From positions 30,556 through 94,555 of the forward strand of contig NEEC01000072.1 of NCBI GenBank assembly GCA_002189035.1: a stretch of DNA of 64,000 nucleotides, in the 5' to 3' direction. The first letter of the stretch is position 1. Every line of letters starts with the position of its first letter. Source of the DNA: Utricularia gibba (taxonomy: Eukaryota > Plantae > Magnoliophyta). Below the pieces are notes generated by a model. That model saw only the letters and a list, made by a program, of their open reading frames with translations. It had not been told where the DNA came from and made no database searches. Below, piece by piece: positions 29,801 to 43,100 of the stretch. The position numbers and the translations under genes were made by a program.

Positions 29801-32800
29801 CATCGTTGATAAATGCATCACTTATTTTCCGGGCTACAACTGACTATGGGCCTGAGCCCGACCCGACCTCTGGCCCAATCCCGAAACCCTCCGAGAGCGC
29901 CTTCTCAAATATATAGCAGAGTGTTGAGAAAACCAATTGGGGTTCTCATGACATCCTAACTACAACAAATGCATTACGATTTACGTCGAGTGCGACCCGA
30001 TTGGGTTTAGTAGCCAGACCGAATCTCGGGCCCGGACAAAGCTCCCAGCGACAGCACCCGCCATTAAATGGCAAGCTGTTGCTTGAAACACCATGTGGGC
30101 AGCCGCCGACAACCCAACGTTAATAAATGCATCACTTCTTTTGCCGGGCTACAGCTGACTTTGGGCTCAAGACTGACCCGAATCCGGCCCGATCTCGGTG
30201 ACCCACAAAAGCGCCCTCTCAAGTGTAAAGCATGCTGTTGAAAAAACCATTTGGGGTGGTCATGAGATCCTAACTTCAATAAAGGCATCACGATTTACGT
30301 CGAATGGGACCCGATTGTGCTGTGAAGTCAAACCGAATCTTGGGTTCGGACGAAGTTACCAACAACAGCACCCGCCAATAAACGACAACATTTCCTTCAA
30401 AAAGCATGTAGGCAGCCACCGAAAACCCAACGTTAATAAATGCATCACTTCTTTGGCCGGGCTACAAATGACTATGGGCCAGAGCGCGACTCGACCATTT
30501 GGGGTTCACATGACATCCTAACTTCAGCAAATGCATCACGATTTTCATCGAGTAGCACCCGAATGGGCTCTGGAGCCAGACTGAACCTTGGGCCCTAACA
30601 AAGCTGCCAACTACAGCACTCGCCTTAAAACGGCAAGCTGTTGCTTGAAAAACCATTTAGGCAGCCGCCGAAAACCCATCGTTGATAAATGCATCACTTA
30701 TTTTCCGGGCTACAACTGACTATTGGCCTGAGCCCGACCCGACCTCTGGCCCAATCCCGAAACCCCCCAAGAGCGCCTTCTGAAATATAAAGTAGAGTGT
30801 TGAGAAAACCCATTGGGGTTCTCATGACATCCTAACTACATCAAATGCGTTACGATTTTCGTCGAGTGCGACCCGATTGGGCTTAGTAGCCAGACCGAAT
30901 CTCGGGCCGGACAAAGCTCCCAACGACAGCACCCGCCTTTAAATGGCAAGCTGTTGCTTGAAAAACCATGTGGGCAGCCGCCGACAACCCAACGTTAATA
31001 AATGCATCACTTCTTTTGCCGGGCTACAGCTGACTATGGGCTCAAGCCCGACCCGAATCCGGCCCGATCTCGGTGACCCACAAAAGCGCCTTGTCAAGTG
31101 TAAAGCATGCTGTTGAAAAAACCATTTGGGGTGGTCATGAGATCCTAACTCAATAAAGGTGTCACGATTTTCGTCGAATGGGATCGGATTGTGCTGTGAA
31201 GTCAGACCGAACCTTGGGTCCGGACGAAGTTCCCAACAACAGCACCCGCAAAAAAACGACAACTTTTCCTCGAAAAAGCATGTAGGCAGCCACCGAAAAC
31301 CCAACGTTAATAATGCATCACTTTTTTGGCCGGGCTACAAATGACTATGGGCCAGAGCGCGACTCGACCATTTGCTCGATACTAGTGCCAGCCTAGAGCG
31401 CCTCCTCAAATATAAATCAGGTTGTTGAGAAAACCATTTGGGGTGCTCATGACATCCTAACTTCAAAAAATGCATCACGATTTTCATCGAGTAGCACCCG
31501 ATTGGGCTCAGGAGCCAGACCGAACCTTGGGCCCTTACAAAGCTGCCAACGACAGCACCCGCCTTAAAATGGCAAGCTATTGCTTGAAAAACCATTCAGG
31601 CAGCCGCCGAAAACCCAACGTTAATAAATGCATCACTTATTTTCCGGGCTACAACTGACTATGGGCCATAGCCCGACCCGACCTCTGGCCCAATCCCGAA
31701 ACCCCCAAGAGCGCCTTCTGAAATATAAAGTAGAGTGTTGAGAAAACCCATTGGGGATCTCATGACATCCTAACTAAAGCAAATGCATTACGATTTCGTC
31801 GAGTACGACCCGATTGGGCTTAGTAGCCAGACCGAATCTCGGGCCCTGACAAAGCTCCCAACTACAGCACCCACCTTAAAACGGCAAGCTGTTGCTTGAA
31901 AAACCATTTAGGCAGCCGCCGAAAACCCAACGTTGATAAATGCATCACTTATTTTCCGGGCTACAACTGACTATGGGCTCAAGCCCGACCCGAATCCGGC
32001 CCGATCTCGGTGACCCACAAAAGCGCCTTGTCAAGTGTAAAGCATGCTGTTGAAAAAACCATTTGGGGTGGTCATGAGATCCTAACTCAATAAAGGTGTC
32101 ACGATTTTCGTCGAATGGGATCGGATTGTGCTGTGAAGTCAGACCGAACCTTGGGTCCGGACGAAGTTCCCAACAACAGCACCCGCAAAAAACGACAACT
32201 TTTCCTCGAAAAAACCATGTAGGCAGCCACCGAAAACCCAACGTTAATAAATGCATCACTTTTTTGGCCGGGCTACAAATGACTATGGGCCAGAGCGCGA
32301 CCGACCATTTGCTCGATACTGGTGCCCGCCTAGAGCGCCTCCTCAAATATAAATCAGGTTGTTAAGAAAACCATTTGGGGTGCTCATGACATCCTACTAA
32401 AGCAAATGCATTACGATTTCGTCGAGTACGACCCGATTGGGCTTAGTAGCCAGACCGAATCTCGGGCCCTGACAAAGCTCCCAACTACAGCACCCACCTT
32501 AAAACGGCAAGCTATTGCTTGAAAAACCATTTAGGCAGCCGCCGAAAACCATCGTTGATAAATGCATCACTTATTTTCCGGGCTACAACTGACTATGGGC
32601 CTGAGCCCGACCCGACCTCTGGCCCAATCCCGAAACCCTCCGAGAGCGCCTTCTCAAATATATAGCAGAGTGTTGAGAAAACCAATTGGGGTTCTCATGA
32701 CATCCTAACTACAACAAATGCATTACGATTTACGTCGAGTGCGACCCGATTGGGTTTAGTAGCCAGACCGAATCTCGGGCCCGGACAAAGCTCCCAGCGA

Positions 32801-33560
32801 CAGCACCCGCCTTAAATGGCAAGCTGTTGCTTGAAAAACCATGTGGGCAGCCGCCGACAACCCAACGTTAATAAATGCATCACTTCTTTTGCCGGGCTAC
32901 AGCTGACTTTGGGCTCAAGACCGACCCGAATCCGGCCCGATCTCGGTGACCCACAAAAGCGCCCTCTCAAGTGTAAAGCATGCTGTTGAAAAAACCATTT
33001 GGGGTGGTCATGAGATCCTAACTTCAATAAAGGCATCACGATTTACGTCGAATGGGACCGATTGTGCTGTGAAGTCAAACCGAATCTTGGGTTCGGACGA
33101 AGTTACCAACAACAGCACCCGCCAAAAAACGACAACTTTTCCTTCAAAAAGCATGTAGGCAGCCACCGAAAACCCAACGTTAATAAATGCATCACTTCTT
33201 TGGCCGGGCTACAAATGACTATGGGCCAGAGCGCGACTCGACCATTTGGGGTTCACATGACATCCTAACTTCAGCAAATGCATCACGATTTTCATCGAGT
33301 AGCACCCGAATGGGCTCTGGAGCCAGACTGAACCTTGGGCCTAACAAAGCTGCCAACTACAGCACCGCCTTAAAACGGCAAGCTATTGCTTGAAAAACCA
33401 TTTAGGCAGCCGCCGAAAACCATCGTTGATAAATGCATCACTTATTTTCCGGGCTACAACTGACTATGGGTGAGCCCGACCCGACCTCTGGCCCAATCCC
33501 GAAACCCCCGAGAGCGCCTTCTCAAATATATAGCAGAGTGTTGAGAAAACCCATTGGGGT
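26870..33560. repeat. Local ~2.75-kb higher-order repeat in ~2.5-3 copies, marked by a shared 66-bp deletion
   Basis: The deletion junction gactcgaccatttggggttcacatg occurs at ~27,744, ~30,494 and ~33,241 (spacing 2,750 and 2,747). The variant gggtttagtagcc occurs at ~27,256, ~30,004 and ~32,754. Confidence 0.85.
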
Positions 33561-36500
33561 TCTCATGACATCCTAACTTCAATAAAGGCATCACGATTTA
33601 CGTCGAATGGGACCCGATTGTGCTGTGAAGTCAAACCGAATCTTGGGTTCGGACGAAGTTCCAAAACAACACCCGCCAAAAACGACAACTTTTCCTTCAA
33701 AAAGCATGTAGGCAGCCACCGAAAACCCAACGTTAATAAATGCATCACTTCTTTGGCCGGGCTACAAATGACTATGGGCCAGAGCGCGACTCGACCATTT
33801 TCTCGATACTGGTGCCCGCTTAGAGCGCCTCCTCAAATATAAATCAGGTTTTTGAGAAAACCATTTGGGTTCTCATGACATCCTAACTTCAGCAAATGCA
33901 TCACGATTTTCATCGAGTAGCACCCGATTGGGCTCTGGAGCCAGACCGAACCTTGGGCCCTAACAAAGCTGCCAACGACAGCACTCGCCTTAAAACGGCA
34001 AGCTATTGCTTGAAAAACCATTTAGGCAGCCGCCGAAAACCATCGTTGATAAATGCATCACTTATTTTCCGGGCTACAACTGACTATGGGCCTGAGCCCG
34101 ACCCGACCTCTGGCCCAATCCCGAAACCCTCCGAGAGCGCCTTCTCAAATATATAGCAGAGTGTTGAGAAAACCAATTGGGGTTCTCATGACATCCTAAC
34201 TACAGCAAATGCGTTACGATTTTCGTCGAGTGCGACCCGATTGGGCTTAGTAGCCAGACCGAATCTCGGGCCCGGACAAAGCTCCCACGACAGCACCCGC
34301 CATTAAATGGCAAGCTGTTGCTTGAAAAACCATGTGGGCAGCCGCCGACAACCCAACGTTAATAAATGCATCACTTCTTTTGCCGGGCTACAGCTGACTT
34401 TGGGCTCAAGACCGACCCGAATCCGGCCCGATCTCGGTGACCCACAAAAGCGCCTCTCAAGTGTAAAGCATGCTGTTGAAAAAACCATTTGGGGTGGTCA
34501 TGAGATCCTAACTTCAATAAAGGCATCACGATTTTCGTCGAATGGGACCCGATTGTGCTGTGAAGTCAAACCGAATCTTGGGTTCGGACGAAGTTCCAAC
34601 AACAGCACCCGCCAAAAAACGACAACTTTTCCTTCAAAAAGCATGTAGGCAGCCACCGAAAACCCAACGTTAATAAATGCATCACTTCTTTGGCCGGGCT
34701 ACAAATGACTATGGGCCAGAGCGCGACTCGACCATTTGCTCGATACTGGTGCCCGCCTAGAGCGCCTCCTCAAATATAAATCAGGTTGTTGAGAAAACCA
34801 TTTGGGGTTCTCATGACATCCTAACTTCAGCAAATGCATCACGATTTTCATCGAGTAGCACCCAATGGGCTCAGGAGCCAGACCGAACCTTGGGCCCTAA
34901 CAAAAGCTGCCAACGACAGCACCGCCTTAAAACGGCAAGCTATTGCTTGAAAAACCATTTAGGCAGCCGCCGAAAACCCGTCGTTGATAAATGCATCACT
35001 TATTTTCCGGGCTACAACTGACTATGGGCCTGAGCCCGACCCGACCTCTGGCCCAATCCCGAAACCCTCCGAGAGCGCCTTCTCAAATATATAGCAGAGT
35101 GTTGAGAAAACCCATTGGGGTTCTCATGACATCCTAACTACAGCAAATGCGTTACGATTTTCGTCGAGTGCGACCCGATTGGGCTTAGTAGCCAGACCGA
35201 ATCTCGGGCCGGACAAAGCTCCCAACGACAGCACCCGCCTTTAAATGGCAAGCTGTTGCTTGAAAAACCATGTGGGCAGCCGCCGACAACCCAACGTTAA
35301 TAAATGCATCACTTTTTTGGCCGGGCTACAAATGACTATGGGCCAGAGCGCGACTCGACCATTTGCTCGATACTGGTGCCCGCCTAGAGCGCCTCCTCAA
35401 ATATAAATCAGGTTGTTGAGAAAACCATTTGGGGTGCTCATGACATCCTAACTTCAGCAAATGCATCACGATTTTCATCGAGTAGCACCCGATTGGGCTT
35501 AGTAGCCAGACCGAATCTCGGGCCCTGACAAAGCTCCCAACTACAGCACCCACCTTAAAACGGCAAGCTGTTGCTTGAAAAACCATTTAGGCAGCCGCTG
35601 AAAACCCAACGTTGATAAATGCATCACTTATTTTCCGGGCCACAACTGACTATGGGCCTGAGCCCGACCCGACCTCTGGCCCAATCCTGAAACCCCCAAG
35701 AGCGCCTTCTCAAATATATAGCAGAGTGTTGAGAAAACCAATTGGGTTCTCATGACATCCTAACTACAACAAATGCATTACGATTTTCGTCGAGTGCGAC
35801 CGATTGGGCTTAGTAGCCAGACCGAATCTCGGGCCGGACAAAGCTCCCAGCGACAGCCCCCGCCTTTAAATGGCAAGCTGTTGCTTGAAAAACCATGTGG
35901 GCAGCCGCCGACAACCCAACGTTAATAAATGCATCACTTCTTTTGCCGGGCTACAGCTGACTTTGGGCTCAAGACCGACCCGAATCCGGCCCGATCTCGG
36001 TGACCCACAAAAGCGCCCTTCAAGTGTAAAGCATGCTGTTGAAAAAACCATTTGGGGTGGTCATGAGATCCTAACTTCAATAAAGGCATCACGATTTTCG
36101 TCGAATGGGACCCGATTGTGCTGTGAAGTCAAACCAAATCTTGGGTTCGGACGAAGTTCCAACAACAGCACCCGCCAAAAAACGACAACTTTTCCTTCAA
36201 AAAGCATGTAGGCAGCCACCGAAACCCAACGTTAATAAATGCATCACTTCTTTGGCCGGGCTACAAATGACTATGGGCCAGAGCGCGACTCGACCATTTG
36301 CTCGATACTGGTGCCCGCCTAGAGCGCCTCCTCAAATATAAATCAGGTTGTTGAGAAAACCATTTGGGGTTCTCATGACATCCTAACTTCAGCAAATGCA
36401 TCACGATTTTCATCGAGTAGCACCCGATGGGCTCAGGAGCCAGACCGAACCTTGGGCCCTAACAAAGCTGCCAACGACAGCACCGCCTTAAAACGGCAAG

Positions 36501-37189
36501 CTATTGCTTGAAAAACCATTTAGGCAGCCGCCGAAAACCCATCGTTGATAAATGCATCACTTATTTTCCGGGCTACAACTGACTATGGGCCTGAGCCCGA
36601 CCCGACCTCTGGCCCAATCCCGAAACCCCCGAGAGCGCCTTCTCAAATATATAGCAGAGTGTTGAGAAAACCATTGGGGTTCTCACATCCTAACTACAGC
36701 AAATGCGTTACGATTTTCGTCGAGTGCGACCCGATTGGGCTTAGTAGCCAGACCGAATCTCGGGCCCGGACAAAGCTCCCAACGACAGCACCCGCCTTAA
36801 ATGGCAAGCTGTTGCTTGAAAAACCATGTGGGCAGCCGCCGACAACCCAACGTTAATAAATGCATCACTTCTTTTGCCGGCTACAGCTGACTTGGGGCGA
36901 CCCGATCAAGCGCGTAGCCAAAAAACCATTTGGGGTGGTCATGAGATCCTAACTTCAATAAAGGCCCGTCGAATCCGGTGACAAAGCTCCCAAACTGCAC
37001 CCATTAAATGGCAAGCTGTTGCTTGAAAAACCATGTGGGCAGCCGCCGACAACCCAACGTTAATAAATGCATCACTTCTTTTGCCGGGCTACAGCTGACT
37101 TGGGCTCAAGCCGACCCGAATCCGGCCGATCTCGGTGACCCACAAAAGCGCCTCTCAAGTGTAAAGCATGCTGTTGAAAAAACCATTTG

Positions 37190-40100
37190 GGGTGGTCATG
37201 AGATCCTAACTTCAATAAAGGTATCACGATTTTCGTCGAATGGGACCGATTGTGCTGTGAAGTCAGACCGAACCTTGGGTCCGGACGAAGTTCCCAACAA
37301 CAGCACCCGCAAAAAAACGACAACTTTTCCTTCAAAAAGCATGTAGGCAGCCACCGAAAACCCAACGTTAATAAATGCATCACTTCTTTGGCCGGGCTAC
37401 AAATGACTATGGGCCAGAGCGCGACTCGACCATTTGCTCGATACTGGTGCCCGCCTAGAGCGCCTCCTCAAATATAAATCAGGTTGTTGAGAAAACCATT
37501 TGGGGTTCTCATGACATCCTAACTTCAGCAAATGCATCACGATTTTCATCGAGTAGCACCCGATTGGGCTCAGGAGCCAGACCGAACCTTGGGCCCTAAC
37601 AAAGCTGCCAACGACAGCACCGCCTTAAAACGGCAAGCTATTGCTTGAAAAACCATTTAGGCAGCCGCCGAAAACCCATCGTTGATAAATGCATCACTTA
37701 TTTTCCGGGCTACAACTGACTATGGGCCTGAGCCCGACCCGACCTCTGGCCCAATCCCGAAACCCTCCGAGAGCGCCTTCTCAAATATATAGCAGAGTGT
37801 TGAGAAAACCCATTGGGGTTCTCATGACATCCTAACTACAGCAAATGCGTTACGATTTTCGTCGAGTGCGACCCGATTGGGCTTAGTAGCCAGACCGAAT
37901 CTCGGGCCCGGACAAAGCTCCCAACGACAGCACCCGCCTTAAATGGCAAGCTGTTGCTTGAAAAACCATGTGGGCAGCCGCCGACAACCCAACGTTAATA
38001 AATGCATCACTTCTTTTGCCGGGCTACAGCTGACTTTGGGCTCAAGCCCGACCCGAATCCGGCCCGATCTCGGTGACCCACAAAAGCGCCCTCAAGTGTA
38101 AAGCATGCTGTTGAAAAAACCATTTGGGGTGGTCATGAGATCCTAACTTCAATAAAGGTATCACGATTTTCGTCGAATGGGACCGGATTGTGCTGTGAAG
38201 TCAGACCGAACCTTGGGTCCTACAAAGTTCCCAACAACAGCACCCGCCAAAAAACGACAACTTTTCCTTCAAAAAGCATGTAGGCAGCCACCGAAAACCC
38301 AACGTTAATAAATGCATCACTTCTTTGGCCGGGCTACAAATGACTATGGGCCAGAGCGCGACTCGACCATTTGCTCGATACTGGTGCCCGCCTAGAGCGC
38401 CTCCTCAAATATAAATCAGGTTGTTGAGAAAACCATTTGGGGTTCTCATGACATCCTAACTAAAGCAAATGCATACGATTTCGTCGAGTACGACCCGATT
38501 GGGCTTAGTAGCCAGACCGAATCTCGGGCCCTGACAAAGCTCCCAACTACAGCACCCACCTTAAAACGGCAAGCTGTTGCTTGAAAAACCATTTAGGCAG
38601 CCGCGAAAACCCAACGTTGATAAATGCATCACTTATTTTCCGGGCCACAACTGACTATGGGCCTGAGCCCGACCCGACCTCTGGCCCAATCCTGAAACCC
38701 CCGAGCGCCTTCTCAAATATATAGCAGAGTGTTGAGAAAACCAATTGGGGTTCTCATGACATCCTAACTACAACAAATGCATTACGATTTTCGTCGAGTG
38801 CGACCGATTGGGCTTAGTAGCCAGACCGAATCTCGGGCCGGACAAAGCTCCCACGACAGCACCCGCCTTTAAATGGCAAGCTGTTGCTTGAAAAACCATG
38901 TGGGCAGCCGCCGACAACCCAACGTTAATAAATGCATCACTTCTTTTGCCGGGCTACAGCTGACTTTGGGCTCAAGACCGACCCGAATCCGGCCCGATCT
39001 CGGTGACCCACAAAAGCGCCTTCTCAAGTGTAAAGCATGCTGTTGAAAAAACCATTTGGGGTGGTCATGAGATCCTAACTTCAATAAAGGCATCACGATT
39101 TTCGTCGAATGGGACCGATTGTGCTGTGAAGTCAGACCAAACTTGGGTTTCCAACAACAGCACCCGCCAAAAAACGACAACTTTTCCTTCAAAAAGCATG
39201 TAGGCAGCCACCGAAAACCCAACGTTAATAAATGCATCACTTCTTTGGCCGGGCTACAAATGACTATGGGCCAGAGCGCGACTCGACCATTTGCTCGATA
39301 CTGGTGCCCGCCTAGAGCGCCTCCTCAAATATAAATCAGGTTGTTGAGAAAACCATTTGGGGTTCTCATGACATCCTAACTTCAGCAAATGCATCACGAT
39401 TTTCATCGAGTAGCACCCGATGGGCTCAGGAGCCAGACCGAACCTTGGGCCCTAACAAAGCTGCCAACGACAGCACCGCCTTAAAACGGCAAGCTATTGC
39501 TTGAAAAACCATTTAGGCAGCCGCCGAAAACCATCGTTGATAAATGCATCACTTATTTTCCGGGCTACAACTGACTATGGGCCTGAGCCCGACCCGACCT
39601 CTGGCCAATCCTAAACCCCCCAAGAGCGCCTTCTCAAATATATAGCAGAGTGTTGAGAAAACCATTGGGTTCTCATGACATCCTAACTACAACAAATGCA
39701 TTACGATTTTCGTCGAGTGCGACCCGATTGGGCTTAGTAGCCAGACCGAATCTCGGGCCGGACAAAGCTCCCAACGACAGCACCCGCCTTAAATGGCAAG
39801 CTGTTGCTTGAAAAACCATGTGGGCAGCCGCCGACAACCCAACGTTAATAAATGCATCACTTCTTTTGCCGGGCTACAGCTGACTTTGGGCTCAAGCCCG
39901 ACCCGAATCCGGCCCGATCTCGGTGACCCACAAAAGCGCCTTCTCAAGTGTAAAGCATGCTGTTGAAAAAACCATTTGGGGTGGTCATGAGATCCTAACT
40001 TCAAAAAGGTATCACGATTTTCGTCGAATGGGACCGGATTGTGCTGTGAAGTCAGACCGAACCTTGGGTCCTGACAAAGTTCCCAACAACAGCACCCGCC

Positions 40101-43100
40101 AAAAAACGACAACTTTTCCTTCAAAAAGCATGTAGGCAGCCACCGAAAACCCAACGTTAATAAATGCATCACTTCTTTGGCCGGGCTACAAATGACTATG
40201 GGCCAGAGCGCGACTCGACCATTTGCTCGATACTGGTGCCCGCCTAGAGCGCCTCCTCAAATATAAATCAGGTTGTTGAGAAAACCATTTGGGGTTCTCA
40301 TGACATCCTAACTAAAGCAAATGCATTACGATTTCGTCGAGTACGACCCGATTGGGCTTAGTAGCCAGACCGAATCTCGGGCCCTGACAAAGCTCCCAAC
40401 TACAGCACCACCTTAAAACGGCAAGCTGTTGCTTGAAAAACCATTTAGGCAGCCGCTGAAAACCCAACGTTGATAAATGCATCACTTATTTTCCGGGCCA
40501 CAACTGACTATGGGCCTGAGCCCGACCCGACCTCTGGCCCAATCCTGAAACCCCCCAAGAGCGCCTTCTCAAATATATAGCAGAGTGTTGAGAAAACCAT
40601 TGGGTTCTCATGACATCCTAACTACAACAAATGCATTACGATTTTCGTCGAGTGCGACCGATTGGGCTTAGTAGCCAGACCGAATCTCGGGCCGGACAAA
40701 GCTCCCAGCGACAGCCCCCGCCTTTAAATGGCAAGCTGTTGCTTGAAAAACCATGTGGGCAGCCGCCGACAACCCAACGTTAATAAATGCATCACTTCTT
40801 TTGCCGGGCTACAGCTGACTTTGGGCTCAAGCCGACCCGAATCCGGCCCGATCTCGGTGACCCACAAAAGCGCCTCTCAAGTGTAAAGCATGCTGTTGAA
40901 AAAACCATTTGGGGTGGTCATGAGATCCTAACTTCAATAAAGGCATCACGATTTACGTCGAATGGGACCCGATTGTGCTGTGAAGTCAAACCAAATCTTG
41001 GGTCGGACGAAGTTACCAACAACAGCACCCGCCAAAAAACGACAACTTTTCCTTCAAAAAGCATGTAGGCAGCCACCGAAAACCCAACGTTAATAAATGC
41101 ATCACTTCTTTGGCCGGGCTACAAATGACTATGGGCCAGAGCGCGACTCGACCATTTGCTCGATACTGGTGCCCGCCTAGAGCGCCTCCTCAAATATAAA
41201 TCAGGTTGTTGAGAAAACCATTTGGGGTTCTCATGACATCCTAACTTCAGCAAATGCATCACGATTTTCATCGAGTAGCACCCCATTGGGCTCAGGAGCC
41301 AGACCGAACCTTGGGCCCTAACAAAGCTGCCAACGACAGCACTCGCCTTAAAACGGCAAGCTATTGCTTGAAAAACCATTTAGGCAGCCGCCGAAAACCA
41401 TCGTTGATAAATGCATCACTTATTTTCCGGGCTACAACTGACTATGGGCCTGAGCCCGACCCGACCTCTGGCCCAATCCTGAAACCCCCCAAGAGCGCCT
41501 TCTCAACATATAGCAGAGTGTTGAGAAAACCATTGGGGTTCTCATGACATCCTAACTACAACAAATGCATTACGATTTTCGTCGAGTGCGACCCGATTGG
41601 GCTTAGTAGCCAGACCGAATCTCGGGCCCGGACAAAGCTCCCAACGACAGCACCCGCCTTAAATGGCAAGCTGTTGCTTGAAAAACCATGTGGGCAGCCG
41701 CCGACAACCCAACGTTAATAAATGCATCACTTCTTTTGCCGGGCTACAGCTGACTTTGGGCTCAAGCCCGACCCGAATCCGGCCCGATCTCGGTGACCCA
41801 CAAAAGCGCCCTCTCAAGTGTAAAGCATGCTGTTGAAAAAACCATTTGGGGTGGTCATGAGATCCTAACTTCAATAAAGGTATCACGATTTTCGTCGAAT
41901 GGGACCGATTGTGCTGTGAAGTCAGACCGAACCTTGGGTCCTGACAAAGTTCCCAACAACAGCACCCGCCAAAAAACGACAACTTTTCCTTCAAAAAGCA
42001 TGTAGGCAGCCACCGAAAACCCAACGTTAATAAATGCATCACTTCTTTGGCCGGGCTACAAATGACTATGGGCCAGAGCGCGACTCGACCATTTGCTCGA
42101 TACTGGTGCCCGCCTAGAGCGCCTCCTCAAATATAAATCAGGTTGTTGAGAAAACCATTTGGGGTTCTCATGACATCCTAACTAAAGCAAATGCATTACG
42201 ATTTCGTCGAGTACGACCCGATTGGGCTTAGTAGCCAGACCGAATCTCGGGCCCTGACAAAGCTCCCAACTACAGCACCCACCTTAAAACGGCAAGCTGT
42301 TGCTTGAAAAACCATTTAGGCAGCCGCTGAAAACCCAACGTTGATAAATGCATCACTTATTTTCCGGGCCACAACTGACTATGGGCCTGAGCCCGACCCG
42401 ACCTCTGGCCCAATCCCGAAACCCTCCGAGAGCGCCTTCTCAAATATATAGCAGAGTGTTGAGAAAACCCATTGGGGTTCTCATGACATCCTAACTACAG
42501 CAAATGCGTTACGATTTTCGTCGAGTGCGACCCGATTGGGCTTAGTAGCCAGACCGAATCTCGGGCCGGACAAAGCTCCCAACGACAGCACCCGCCTTTA
42601 AATGGCAAGCTGTTGCTTGAAAAACCATGTGGGCAGCCGCCGACAACCCAACGTTAATAAATGCATCACTTCTTTTGCCGGGCTACAGCTGACTTTGGGC
42701 TCAAGCCCGACCCGAATCCGGCCCGATCTCGGTGACCCACAAAAGCGCCCTCTCAAGTGTAAAGCATGCTGTTGAAAAAACCATTTGGGGTGGTCATGAG
42801 ATCCTAACTTCAATAAAGGTATCACGATTTTCGTCGAATGGGACCGGATTGTGCTGTGAAGTCAGACCGAACCTTGGGTCCTGACAAAGTTCCCAACAAC
42901 AGCACCCGCCAAAAAACGACAACTTTTCCTTCAAAAAGCATGTAGGCAGCCACCGAAAACCCAACGTTAATAAATGCATCACTTCTTTGGCCGGGCTACA
43001 AATGACTATGGGCCAGAGCGCGACTCGACCATTTGCTCGATACTGGTGCCCGCCTAGAGCGCCTCCTCAAATATAAATCAGGTTGTTGAGAAAACCATTT

